Part shown: one piece after another, positions 34,286-44,670 of the stretch | How the letters are laid out: each line of letters begins with the position of its first letter | Position numbering within the stretch: position 1 is the stretch's first letter | Source of the DNA: an uncultured Verrucomicrobiae bacterium | GTDB taxonomy: Bacteria; Verrucomicrobiota; Verrucomicrobiia; Palsa-1439 | Direction: 5' to 3' | Length of the DNA: 64,000 nt | NCBI GenBank assembly: GCA_963812605.1 | Contig: CAWEWF010000006.1 | Coordinates: forward strand, 288,001-352,000 | Notes under the pieces: generated by a model | What the model was told of the DNA's origin: nothing | The model's input: the letters and a program-made list of their open reading frames with translations, nothing else | Database searches by the model: none | Translations under genes and position numbers: made by a program

Positions 34286-34478
34286 CCAACGTCGAACGTT
34301 CAACGCCCAACTCTCAACGTCCAAAAATTTTGGTGGCACCCCGAAAGCTTTCGGGGCCTGTGTGAGTTGAACGTTGAGAGTTGAATCTTCCCCAGAAGTG
34401 GTCTCATAAACCTTTGGTGGCACAGGCGTCCCTGCCTGTGTATGGTTTTTTGACAGGCATGGAGGCCTGTCCCACCAT
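34286..34478. repeat. Composite intergenic repeat: inverted heptamer arrays around a GTGG arm, plus a GTGG REP pair
   Basis: (CAACG/CT)n at 34286-34323 and its reverse at 34365-34386; 34331-34362 is the reverse complement of 6251-6282; 34402-34478 is similar to the reverse complement of 6213-6297. Confidence 0.8.
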
Positions 34479-34492
34479 TTGCGAGATCGCTT

Positions 34493-34870
34493 CTACACCG
34501 AAAAGCTCTCACCGCACGAACACGTCGCCGTCGCATTCGGATTGTGGATCTTAAACCCGCCGCCGATCATCTTGTCCTGAAAATCGATCTCCGACGCGCT
34601 CACGTACAACGCGCTCTTCACATCCACCAGCACCCGCACGCCCGCCGACTCGATGAGAATGTCCTTCGGCGTCGGCGGGTTCTTGTCAAAATCCATCTTG
34701 TACTCCAATCCCGCGCACCCGCCCCCTACAATCTTCACCCGCAACGCCCCATTCGCCACCCCGTCCCGCTGCATCAATTGCGCCACCTTCCGCCCCGCCG
34801 ATTCCGTCAGTCGAATCAGCTTCTCCGACCCAATGCGCGGCCCCGCCTGCGTTGGTGCTTCCGTACTCAT
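34493..34870 (-). CDS. iscA: HesB/IscA iron-sulfur cluster assembly protein
   Basis: GGGCAGLEY, NPNATATCSCGESF. Confidence 0.92.
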   Translation of the reverse strand: MSTEAPTQAGPRIGSEKLIRLTESAGRKVAQLMQRDGVANGALRVKIVGGGCAGLEYKMDFDKNPPTPKDILIESAGVRVLVDVKSALYVSASEIDFQDKMIGGGFKIHNPNATATCSCGESFSV

Positions 34871-34937
34871 TGTTGCTACTCTACCCCAGTTCGCGCCCCA
34901 AGTGAAGCCTGCTTCTCTTAGACGCATTTTCTACATT

Positions 34938-35008
34938 TGTCATCCTGAGTCCCGTCGTGCGACGGGATCCCGCAGAATTGCGGGACTTGTCGAAGGGTCT
35001 CTGTCGTT
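34938..35008 (+). repeat. TGTCA-type repeat arm carrying two nested 18-bp palindromes
   Basis: TGTCATCCTGAG[TCCCGTCGTGCGACGGGA][TCCCGCAGAATTGCGGGA]CTTGTCGAAGGGTCTCTGTCGTT; uninterrupted version at 1-29. Confidence 0.85.
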
Positions 35009-35046
35009 TCCGATTGCGCGAGCGATCTTTGCCTTTTGTGATCTTG

Positions 35047-36200
35047 TCAAATGGCGTTTTCGAACAAATGCTTACGGGCAACGTCGAAAATGCCGGGCAT
35101 TTGTTCACGCCCCTTGACAACATCGGCTATCGGATAATACCGGTTAATCAAAGTCCGAATCTGCTCTCGATCAAGTGGCCTGTTGCGAGCCGACGACCAT
35201 ATCTCAACCAGTTCAGAGAGCATCATTTCAAAATCTAGAGTGATTCCGCGGTTCGCCTTCTCAAAAATAAACACATCGAGAGTAGGATGGACTCCAGTGT
35301 TCTTCTTGAGTAAAACTTTTAGCGGTTGAGTTAGATTCTGAGAAAAGCTTGGGCGACAGCTTCCTGCTTGGAGAAAACGATAGCAGGCTCATAGCAGCCG
35401 CCTTGCGAACTGTAGTATCCTTGTCTGCCAGCAGCTTCTCCAGAACACCAATTGCCTCGGCCTGCTGCGCAAAGCCGATCGCATAGGCAACGCACGCACT
35501 AACTTTTGGTTCGGTATCCTTACCTCTCCAATCCTTGAATGTCGCAGCGCTATGATCGAAACCTCTGATGACCGCATCGAGAATCATTACACATCGGGCG
35601 AGGGCTTTAGCCTCATTTGCACTCAAGTGTAAAACGCCACGAAAGCTGCGACTCTTCTTAGGAGGAGTCCTGCTCAGATACGTCGAGACTCGATGAGTTC
35701 CACCCGGATTTTGAATCTTTGGATCCATTTGCCGAAGGGTATCGCGGCAAGTTTGGGTTGGTCAATGAGGGGCAATTCCTCCACGAAGCGGGCCGGAGAT
35801 CCGACTCCTGCGGCTGTAACTGTAACCTGCTTGGCCTCTAACAAGACGTTTTTCAGTCGGGTAAATTCGGATTCGCGAGGGTCAGCGCTTGACCGGCATT
35901 GACGGATTAACCGACCAAGATAATCGGCGAATGCGTGGAGAATATCAGTCAGTTCTCCGGTAAATACTTTCTGCTGGAAATTAAGGCCACAGATTCTGTC
36001 GCTTCAAGCTCAATCAGGGTCAACGAACATCGGTCGGGCGGCTCTTCAATCACGATCTTTACTAAATCGGGTATCCAGCCTGATGCACCAATTCGGAAAT
36101 CGACTCCTGCATAGACATGCGAGGCAGATACGCGCAAGGAAGCGAAGAATTCGTCGTTATCTTTAGACCCATCAACTCGGAATAGATAAACGGTGGACAT
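35047..36200 (-). other. Lower-GC inserted region with fragmented ORF(s), including a HEAT-repeat segment
   Basis: ORFs 35047-35274, 35261-35728 (AIGVLEKLLADKDTTVRKAAAMSL) and 35949-36200; possibly one frameshifted or decayed gene. Confidence 0.4.
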
Positions 36201-36228
36201 GGCTCATTTAGGCAATAGTGGAAGTACC

Positions 36229-37638
36229 TTACTCCCCGCCCTTCCCTCTAATCCCGGGCTCCGTCAACGCGTGCAGATTAAAAATCTCATTCAGCTGTTG
36301 CTCGCTCAATCCCGATACTTCCCGCGCTACTTCGCGGACGGTCTTGCCTTCTTTGTAGGCTTTCTTGGCGATCTCGGCGGCTTTGTCGTAGCCGATGACG
36401 GGCGCGAGCGGGGTGCACATGGCGAGGCTCTGCTCGACCAGCGATTCGCAGCGTTCGCGGTCGGCTTCGATGCCCTTGACGCAGGCATCGGCGAAATTGC
36501 GCGACGCGGTCGCGAGCAGGTGCACGCTCTCCAGCATCTGCGCGCCGATGAGCGGCATGGCGACGTTCAACTCGAAGAAGCTTTGCAGTCCACCCAGCGT
36601 GACGGCGAGGTCGGCGCCGATCACCCACAAGCAAACCTGAATCAGGCTCTCGGCGATGACGGGATTCACTTTGCCAGGCATGATCGAACTGCCGGGTTGC
36701 ACGGGCGGCAGCTTCAACTCGCCGATGCCGCACCGCGGGCCGCTGCCGAGCAACCGAAAATCGTTGGCGATTTTCGCCAGGCTCACCGCGATGGTCTTCA
36801 ATTGCCCACTCGCCTCGACGCAAGCATCGCGCGCTGCCGCGGCCTCGAAGTGGTTATTCTCTTCGTGGAGCGGCACGCCCAACTCCTTGGAAAGCGTGGC
36901 AATCGTCCGCCGTGCAAATTCCGGATGCGCATTCAGGCCGGTGCCCACCGCCGTGCCGCCCAAGGGAAGCACGTCGAGCGTCTCAATGGCCCCCTCGGCG
37001 CGACCCTGCGCGTACTTGATCTGCGTCGCATACCCGGAAAACTCCTGGCCGAGGCGAATCGGCGTGGCGTCCTGCAGATGGGTGCGCCCGATTTTCATCA
37101 CGCCGTCGAAATCGCGCGCCTTCTCCGCGAGCGCGCCCTCTAAATGCTCCAGCGACGGCAGCAATTCCTCGCGGATCGCCTCGATGACGCTGATATGAAT
37201 AGCGGTCGGGAAAACATCGTTGCTGGACTGGCAAAGATTGACATGGTCGTTCGGGTGCACGGGCGACTTGTCGCCGCGCTTGCCGCCGAGAATTTCATTG
37301 GCCCGGCTCGAGATAACCTCGTTGGCGTTCATGTTCGTCGAGGTGCCGGAGCCGGTCTGGAAAATGTCCACGGGAAACTGCGCGTCGAGTTTGCCTTCCA
37401 CCACTTCCGTCGCGGCCTGCACGATGGCGTCCGAGATCTTTTTGTCGATGAGGCCGAGTTCGAGATTGGTCTTCGCGGCGGCGCGCTTGACGCGGCCCAT
37501 CGCGTGGATCAGGCGCGGCGGCAACGGCCAGCCGCTGATCGGGAAATTCGTCACCGCCCGCTGCGTCTGCACGCCGTAATAAGCATCCGCCGGAACCTCC
37601 AGCGAACCCATGGAATCTTTTTCAATACGGGTCTTCAT
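36229..37638 (-). CDS. fumC: Class II fumarate hydratase
   Basis: QTGSGTSTNMNANE, HPNDHVN, GRTHLQDATP, GSSIMPGKVNP. Confidence 0.96.
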   Translation of the reverse strand: MKTRIEKDSMGSLEVPADAYYGVQTQRAVTNFPISGWPLPPRLIHAMGRVKRAAAKTNLELGLIDKKISDAIVQAATEVVEGKLDAQFPVDIFQTGSGTSTNMNANEVISSRANEILGGKRGDKSPVHPNDHVNLCQSSNDVFPTAIHISVIEAIREELLPSLEHLEGALAEKARDFDGVMKIGRTHLQDATPIRLGQEFSGYATQIKYAQGRAEGAIETLDVLPLGGTAVGTGLNAHPEFARRTIATLSKELGVPLHEENNHFEAAAARDACVEASGQLKTIAVSLAKIANDFRLLGSGPRCGIGELKLPPVQPGSSIMPGKVNPVIAESLIQVCLWVIGADLAVTLGGLQSFFELNVAMPLIGAQMLESVHLLATASRNFADACVKGIEADRERCESLVEQSLAMCTPLAPVIGYDKAAEIAKKAYKEGKTVREVAREVSGLSEQQLNEIFNLHALTEPGIRGKGGE

Positions 37639-37770
37639 AAACACCTCAACTCTTAACAACACATCAACTCTCAACGTTTAATGTTCAACGGTCAACATTC
37701 AACCGCCCTTCGAGATCAAAATTCTTACCGTCACTTGAGCGTTGGGCGTTGAACGTTGAATGTTGGACGT

Positions 37771-38153
37771 TCATTCTTTGCCGACTTTTTGGTACAGCCG
37801 AACGCAGTTGCCTTCGGGGTCTTCGAACTCGGCGAGGTGGAAACCGTATTCCAGCCGCGGACCGTAATGAAACGTCGCGCCGAGCCCGTCAGTTTCTTGA
37901 TAAAATGTTCGATGTCGCTGACATCGATGCTGAATTTGACGGTGTTCTTCTGGCGATTGACGCCCGTGAAATGCGCCGCGTCGCCCTGATGCAACGCGAG
38001 ATGGGAACCGTCCCCCAACGCGTATTCCACCCACCATTTCGCATCGATCAGCGGCTTGGCGAGGTCAAACGCCTTTTCGTAGAAGGAGCGCAGTTTCGCC
38101 AGTTCCTGCGCGTAGAGAAACACGACGTTGATCCGATTGACCTGCGGTTGCAT
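37771..38153 (-). CDS. VOC family protein (frameshifted)
   Basis: LRSFYEKAFDL...LALH...AEFEDPEGN. Confidence 0.75.
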
Positions 38154-38162
38154 GGGCCGACT

Positions 38163-39641
38163 TTAATGCAAGCCGAAGACCTTTGCAGCCATTATCGAGG
38201 CGTTGACGAGCGGGAGCTGGTAAATCCCCAACCCGATCATCGCCACCATGCAGACGTACAGCGCCAGCCGCATCGGCTTGCTCACGGGGATCGGCGACGC
38301 ATCCTCCGCCTCCTGCATGTAAATCGCCCGTCCAATACCAAGATAGAAGTACAAGGAGATGACCACGGCTGCCGAACCGATGACCGCCAGCACGTAATAA
38401 TGCCAATCGGTCTGCGCCCGTTGAATGACCGCAGCGAACAATTGGAACTTTCCAAAAAAACCGCTCAGCGGCGGCACGCCCGCCAGCGACATCATCGACA
38501 GGAACAGCGCCAGCCCCAGAATCGGCGAGCGTTTGCCCAGGCCCGAGAAGCTGGCGATTTCGTCGCTGCCCGTCACCGCCGTCGCGGCAATGATCGCGAG
38601 AAACGCGCAGAGGTTTGTGAACGCGTATTGTCCGAGATAGAACAGCACCGCGCTCATGCCGAGCGCGTTCCCGGCGGCGATACCCATCAGCATGTAACCG
38701 GCGTGGCCAATGGACGAATAGCCGAGCAGTCGCTTGATGTTATGCTGCGGAATCGCGCCGAGATTGCCGTACAGGAGCGTCGCGCCGGCCAATACCAGCA
38801 GCAATGGCCCCCAAATGCCCCGCACCGGCAGCAGTCCGGCGAACAGCACGCGCAGCAACAGCGCAAATCCCGCCGCCTTGCTGCCTACCGCAAGAAACGC
38901 CGTCACCGGCGTCGGCGCGCCCTGATAAACATCGGGCGCCCAGATTTGGAACGGCACGCTGCCGATCTTGAAGCCGAGTCCCGTCAGCACCAGCAGCATC
39001 CCGAACGTGAAAGTCAGCGGCGGTTGCGCGCCAAGGGCCGAGAGGTGCGCGCTGAGCTTGTCGAAGTTCGTCGTGCCGGTCGTCCCAAAAATATACGCGA
39101 TGCCGTACACCGTGAAGCCGCTGGACAGCGCGCCGAGGATCAAATACTTCGTGCCCGCCTCCAGCGACGGAATCTGCCGCCGCAAATAGCTGGCGAGCAC
39201 ATAGAATGTGATCGTGACCAGTTCGAGGGCCACGAACAGCAGAATGAAATCGTTCACCGAGGCGATCAGCAGCATTCCCGTCGCGCAAAACATCAGCAGC
39301 GCGTAAAATTCCGCCACGCCCGACTCGATGCGCGGCGAAAATTCCGCCGCCATCACCAGCACCATCGTCAACGCCAGCAGGAACAGCCGTTTGAAGTACA
39401 GGGCAAACACGTCAAACCGATACATCCCGTTAAAGAGCGGCTTATCGATCGGCACGAGCAAGAAACTGTACGCTAACGCCATGGCCACAAACGCCGCGGC
39501 CATGTACCCGATCATCCGCTTGTTCTGAATCGGGTTGAACGCATCCGTGAGCAGAATCAGGATCCCCCAAATCGCCAGGAGACACTCCAACTGTGTTGCG
39601 TACAGGTGCATGATTCCGGCGCTTTCACTAAATCCACTCAT
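38163..39641 (-). CDS. nuoN: NADH-quinone oxidoreductase subunit N
   Basis: EAGTKY, FKIGSVPFQIWAPDVYQGAP, KRLLGYSSIGHAGY; ATGA overlap with nuoM. Confidence 0.95.
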   Translation of the reverse strand: MSGFSESAGIMHLYATQLECLLAIWGILILLTDAFNPIQNKRMIGYMAAAFVAMALAYSFLLVPIDKPLFNGMYRFDVFALYFKRLFLLALTMVLVMAAEFSPRIESGVAEFYALLMFCATGMLLIASVNDFILLFVALELVTITFYVLASYLRRQIPSLEAGTKYLILGALSSGFTVYGIAYIFGTTGTTNFDKLSAHLSALGAQPPLTFTFGMLLVLTGLGFKIGSVPFQIWAPDVYQGAPTPVTAFLAVGSKAAGFALLLRVLFAGLLPVRGIWGPLLLVLAGATLLYGNLGAIPQHNIKRLLGYSSIGHAGYMLMGIAAGNALGMSAVLFYLGQYAFTNLCAFLAIIAATAVTGSDEIASFSGLGKRSPILGLALFLSMMSLAGVPPLSGFFGKFQLFAAVIQRAQTDWHYYVLAVIGSAAVVISLYFYLGIGRAIYMQEAEDASPIPVSKPMRLALYVCMVAMIGLGIYQLPLVNASIMAAKVFGLH

Positions 39642-41182
39642 TCCTGTACCTTGGCCAAATCCGCCGGCACCGGGGCAGCGGCGGCAACACTGGGTTCGCT
39701 GTCCGCCGGCACAATCGTCGCCACGGTCTGCTTGATAATGTCGGTCAGCAATCGAGGGTAAAACCCGACGGTCAACAGGACCGCGAGCAGCAGCGCATAC
39801 GGGAATTTCTGCTTGAAGGTGACTGCGTCCTTGAGCATCGACCATTTCTCATCGAACGGGCCGAAGAAACTGGTCCGCACCGCCCACAGCAAATAGGTCG
39901 CGGTGACAACAATCCCCCACACCGCGCAGATGGTCGCCACACGAAATAACGTTGACCCCTGGTGCCACGCGCCGAGGAAGACCATCAGTTCGCTCACAAA
40001 GTTCGCGAACCCCGGCAATCCGCTCGATGCCATCACGGCCATGACCATGCATACGCCGATGAATGGGATCTTCCGCGCCAGACCGCTCAGGTCCGGCACA
40101 AAACGATTGTGCGTCTGGTGGTAGAAAAAGCCGATCAATCCGAAGGTCAGCGCCGCCATGATGCCGTGCGCGAACATCAACAACACCGCCCCGCTGACGC
40201 CAACGACATTCAGCGCCGCGATGCCGAGGAAAATGTAGCCCATGTGGCTGACCGAACTGTACCCGATGACGAATTTCCAGTCCTTCTGCGTCAACGCCAC
40301 CCAGCCCGCGTAGAGAATGTTGAAACAGGCGAGGACTGCCAGCAGGTTCGCCCAATGCCGCGCGCCTTCGGGCAGGAGCGGCAGCGCGAGCCGAATGATC
40401 CCGTACGCGCCAAGTTTCTTCAGCACGCCCGCATGCATCATCGATGCCGCTGTCGGCGCCGCAGCGTACCCGAGTGGTGACCATGTGTGAAACGGCCACA
40501 TCGAGGCGAGGAAACCGAACCCGAATAGCAAACATGGGAACACCCACAGTTGTGTATTCGTTGCCACCCAGTTGTGCTGCAGTTTCTCGATGTCCGTCGT
40601 TCCCCCGATCGAGTAAATCGCCAATAACCCGATCAACGCCAGCACCGCGCCCGCCGTCAGGTACAACGTCAACTTCATCGTCGCGTACTCTTTCGTGCGT
40701 CCATGCTTGCCCGGCGGCAGCGAACCCCACACGCCGATCAGCAGATACATCGGGATCACCGCCATCTCGTAGAAAAAGTAGAAGAAGAACAGATCCAATG
40801 TGCAGAACGTCCCGCTAATGCCCGATGTCAGGGCGAGAAACAAAATGTAATACTCTTTCTCCCGCTCATGGATTTCGCTGGAAACGAACGCCCCGCAGAA
40901 CGACACGAACCCAACCAGCAACAGCAACGTCATCGAGATGCCGTCCACACCGAACTTCAGCGAGCACCCATACGTCGGCAGCCAGCTAATACTCCACACA
41001 AACTGATACCCGCTCTCGTGCCGATCGAAGTTCGCAAACAACACCAAGGTCACCAGCAGCGACACGCCCGTGGCAAAGATCGCCAGCGCCCGAATCGCCT
41101 TCGGCTGGTTTGCCGGAAAGAGGAACATCAGAAACGCCACCGCGAGCGGGAGCAGGACGGCAATTGTAAGTAAAAAATCCAT
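39638..41182 (-). CDS. nuoM: NADH-quinone oxidoreductase subunit M
   Basis: GVDGIS, FFYE, PFHTW, YSSVSHMG, GLPGFANFVSE. Confidence 0.95.
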   Translation of the reverse strand: MDFLLTIAVLLPLAVAFLMFLFPANQPKAIRALAIFATGVSLLVTLVLFANFDRHESGYQFVWSISWLPTYGCSLKFGVDGISMTLLLLVGFVSFCGAFVSSEIHEREKEYYILFLALTSGISGTFCTLDLFFFYFFYEMAVIPMYLLIGVWGSLPPGKHGRTKEYATMKLTLYLTAGAVLALIGLLAIYSIGGTTDIEKLQHNWVATNTQLWVFPCLLFGFGFLASMWPFHTWSPLGYAAAPTAASMMHAGVLKKLGAYGIIRLALPLLPEGARHWANLLAVLACFNILYAGWVALTQKDWKFVIGYSSVSHMGYIFLGIAALNVVGVSGAVLLMFAHGIMAALTFGLIGFFYHQTHNRFVPDLSGLARKIPFIGVCMVMAVMASSGLPGFANFVSELMVFLGAWHQGSTLFRVATICAVWGIVVTATYLLWAVRTSFFGPFDEKWSMLKDAVTFKQKFPYALLLAVLLTVGFYPRLLTDIIKQTVATIVPADSEPSVAAAAPVPADLAKVQE

Positions 41183-41225
41183 TCTGAATTCAGAGTTCCA
41201 ATTCGTTATTCCGATTCTTCAATTT

Positions 41226-41259
41226 GTCATTCTGAGCAGAGCGAAGAATCTCTGTCGTT
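41226..41259 (+). repeat. TGTCA-type palindrome arm overlapping the GIY-YIG stop codon
   Basis: TGTCATTCTGAGCAGAGCGAAGAATCTCTGTCGTT. Confidence 0.9.
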
Positions 41260-41568
41260 CTTCGTCTTCACGTCTTGATACCAATCTTTACCCAAATCTC
41301 TCCAGTACGAGTTCTTCTCCTCAATCAACGCAACCTTTTTCGCCCTCAACAAACCCTTGATCCGCTTCTCGCACGCAATCGCGTCGCGAATTTCCCGGAA
41401 CTCCTCGAACCAAACCAGTTTTGTGCAGTTGTACTTCTTCGCAAACCCCTCAAATGACTTCTGCTTATGCTCCCAAACTCGTCTTTCCATATCATTCGTC
41501 ACTCCGACGTATATCACCCGTGAAGCGCTGGCCATAATATACGTCCAGTAACTGTGCTGCCTGGTCAC
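41227..41568 (-). CDS. Small stand-alone GIY-YIG nuclease inserted in the nuo operon
   Basis: YWTYIMAS...IYVGVTNDMERRVWEHK...AIACEKRIKG...NSYWRDL. Confidence 0.9.
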   Translation of the reverse strand: MTRQHSYWTYIMASASRVIYVGVTNDMERRVWEHKQKSFEGFAKKYNCTKLVWFEEFREIRDAIACEKRIKGLLRAKKVALIEEKNSYWRDLGKDWYQDVKTKNDRDSSLCSE

Positions 41569-41723
41569 TCATTCACCTTCTCTGTTGTCTCCACCTGGAT
41601 TGTCATTCTGTGCCTGTCATTCCGCCCTGTCGTCATTCGGGCTATTTGTCTGCGCCCCCCGCTTTCATTCGGGCTCGTTGCCCCTCCACCCGCTGCCATT
41701 CTACCCGCTGTCACTCCACTCGG

Positions 41724-42610
41724 TGTCATTCTGAGCGCAGCGAAGAATCTCTGTCGTTCATGAAATGCACACCGGTTTTCGGGCACTTCTCGCTAAGGTA
41801 ACACGCTGTGCATTGCGGATTCTTCGGTCTGCACCATTGCCGACCAATCTCCCATACCGGGAGATCCATCACACCGGGAAACTCGGGACACAAACTGCGT
41901 GCTCTAAAAATCAATTGCTCCACACTCGCGTCAGCCGTAGTGAGACCGAGCCGTTCGAAAACGCGTCGTACGTGACGATCGGCTGAGATATCGATGGAAT
42001 AATAATCTGCGAACGGCAATTTGAATCCTCTAGCGAGGATATTGGCTGCCATGCTGGCGATCTTTGGCCCGACGCCATCAAATTCGAGAAAGCGATACAC
42101 CACGTCAGCACTGGAGGGCTTGTCTCGCCAAATGCGAGATGCATCGCCGCCATAGTGCCGCACAACCCGTTGCACCGCAGCGTGAAAGAGGTCACCCATC
42201 TTGTCGGCAAATCGGTGAAGAGGTTCTGGTTCGCTCATGAGTTTCTTCACATCAGGCAACGTAAGTGATGCAAGCCGTTTGATCGAGAAATCGCCGCCAA
42301 GTTTCTGTTGGAAACGATACGGAATCAGCCATGCCCTCTCTGCTTTGACCTGACGATCCATCACGGCAGCCAAAACAAAAGCGTGTGGATGACCGGTCAG
42401 GTCGTTCAGTAGTGCATTGGCTGCCTCATCTTTGGCAGCCTCATCTCTGGTGAAACCCCTTGATTGCTTAGCTTCGAACAACTGCTTGCCGTGCTCGACT
42501 AGTCTGTCACGAATCCATGTGTCGTTGGCCAATGTCATCGATTCCTACCCCGCGCGTCACTGCCACCGCGATCAAACGACAGAGATTCTTCGCTGCGCTC
42601 AGAATGACAG
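41724..42610. mobile_element. Gene bracketed by ~35-bp perfect inverted TGTCA arms (cargo-filled palindrome)
   Basis: TGTCATTCTGAGCGCAGCGAAGAATCTCTGTCGTT at 41724 and its exact reverse complement ending at about 42609. Confidence 0.65.
41726..42538 (-). CDS. HhH-GPD / endonuclease III-like 4Fe-4S DNA glycosylase family protein inserted in the nuo operon
   Basis: HhH FDGVGPKIA, DRHVRRV, C-x6-C-x2-C-x5-C (CRPKNPQCTACYLSEKC). Confidence 0.85.
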   Translation of the reverse strand: MTLANDTWIRDRLVEHGKQLFEAKQSRGFTRDEAAKDEAANALLNDLTGHPHAFVLAAVMDRQVKAERAWLIPYRFQQKLGGDFSIKRLASLTLPDVKKLMSEPEPLHRFADKMGDLFHAAVQRVVRHYGGDASRIWRDKPSSADVVYRFLEFDGVGPKIASMAANILARGFKLPFADYYSIDISADRHVRRVFERLGLTTADASVEQLIFRARSLCPEFPGVMDLPVWEIGRQWCRPKNPQCTACYLSEKCPKTGVHFMNDRDSSLRSE

Positions 42611-42716
42611 ATGAAGAGGCGAGCAGACGACTGGTGATTTGATCTCGCAATTTCCGATCTCAAACTTGAAGCACCAATTCGGCCCCTCAAGTTCTCGACT
42701 CTCGCCAACGCGGTGT

Positions 42717-44670
42717 TCATGGCCTCACCACCACGTAATAAATGATCACCGTCACGCCGAGGCCAACGAGGAAGGCGTAGCCGGAGATGCTGCCGGTTTG
42801 GAGCAGGCGCACGGTGCGACCCAGCAGGCCGGTGCCGACCGACAGGCCGCCGATGCCGAGCCGCTGGAGAATCCAGCGATCGAACAATTCGCAGATGGTC
42901 GCAATCGTGCCTTGCACGTACTTCACCAGCCACGCATACAGTTCGTCGAAGTAGTATTTGTTCTCCACGAGCGTCCAGAGTTTGCCGAGCGCGGCTTTTA
43001 CCGGCGCATCGCTAGGTTCCGGTTTCCAATAAATCGTCGCTGCCAGGAGAAACCCAAACGCCGGTATGGCGATCAACCCACCCAGCAACAATACGGAATG
43101 GTGTTCTTCGACGAGCGGAGGCCCGAGAAAATCCGGTATCCGACCATGCCAGCCGGCGACAATCGAGAGGAGCGCCAGGAACACCAGCGGCAACGTCATC
43201 ACCAGCGGCGATTCGTGCACTGGTGGCGCAGGCGTCCCTGCCTGCGACTCATGATGCACAGGCACGGACGCCTGTGCCACCAAATCGTGGTGATGCCAGC
43301 GCGGCTGGCCGAAGAACACGACGAACACCTCGCGGCCCATGTAGTAGGCCGTCAGAAATGCGGTGGTGATCGCCATGATGAACAGCGGCATGCTTTTCTC
43401 GAAGGCGAGCAGGAGAATTCCATCCTTGCTGTAAAACCCGCTCAACGGCCACACGCCCGCCAGGGCCAGTGTGCCGATAACAAACGTCCAGAACGTGATC
43501 GGCGTCTTCTTCCACAAGCCGCCCATCTTCCAAATGTCCTGTTCGTGATGCAACGCGAGGATCACGCTGCCGGCGCCAAGGAACAGCAGCGCCTTGAAGA
43601 ACGCGTGGGTGGTCAGGTGAAACATCGCCTGGATTGGCCCGCCGAGGCCCACAGTCATGACCATGTAACCAAGTTGCGAAAGCGTTGAGTACGCGAGGAT
43701 GCGTTTGATGTCATTCTGCGCGATGGCGATCGTCGCCGCCATGATGGCGGTGATGCCGCCGATCCACGCGATCAACGCCAGCGCCGTTGGGCTCGGCAAA
43801 ATCAGCCACGACACGCGGCAGAGCATATACACGCCCGCGGCCACCATCGTCGCGGCATGAATCAATGCCGACACTGGAGTCGGGCCTTCCATCGCGTCGG
43901 GCAACCAGACATGCAAAGGCACCTGCGCGCTTTTGCCGACTGCACCGGTAAAGATCAACACGCCAATCAGCGCCAGCGTTCCCGTCGACAACCCCAGCGA
44001 TGGGCAATTTGGCCTGCAACTCCGCGAAATTGAATGTCCCGGCATGCGACCACAGCAACAGGATGCCGAGCATCATGCCCACATCACCGATGCGCGTGGT
44101 CAGGAACGCCTTTTTCCCGGCCTCGGCCGCGCTGGGTTTCTCAAACCAAAACCCGATCAGCAGATAGCTGCTTGCGCCGACCAGTTCCCAGAAGATGAAA
44201 ATTTGAATGAAATTGTTCGAGAGCACGATCCCGAGCATCGAGAACGTGAACAACGAGAGGCAGGCAAAGTAGCGCGAGAAGCCCGGGTCGCCCTTCATGT
44301 AGCCCAGTGAGTAAACATGGATCGCCGACCCGACGCCCGTCACCACCAGGAGCATCAGCATGGCCAGCGGGTCCGTGATCATTCCGAACTCAATGCGCAC
44401 GGCGTCGCCGATGGCGAGCCATTGAATCGTATGGGGCTGGTGCGCGATGTGTTTCACCGTAAACACGAGGAAGAGTCCCATCGAGAGCGCGAAGCTGAGG
44501 ACAATCGCGACGATGGACAGGGCCGCGCTCAACCCTTTCCACTTGTGCGTGACGAGCGTGATCAACACCGCGGCCACCAGCGGCGCGAAGAGAATGATCC
44601 AGACCGAGCAGATCGGGAAATGGCTGCGCATCCCCCAGTCGACGCTGTAATTAAGGAGCCAGTGGTTCAT
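42717..44670 (-). CDS. nuoL: NADH-quinone oxidoreductase subunit L (frameshift near 44000)
   Basis: FWELVG, GKSAQVPLHVWLPDAMEGPTPVSALIHAATMV, THAFFKALLFL. Confidence 0.95.
43221..43282. repeat. GTGG REP pair inserted in frame in nuoL
   Basis: TGGTGGCGCAGGCGTCCCTGCCTGCG...CACAGGCACGGACGCCTGTGCCACCA; encodes LVAQASVPVHHESQAGTPAPP. Confidence 0.88.

Noticed and set aside
41226-42610. Repeats near nucleases as a CRISPR array
   Set aside because: Mixed orientations, irregular gene-sized spacing and no cas genes.
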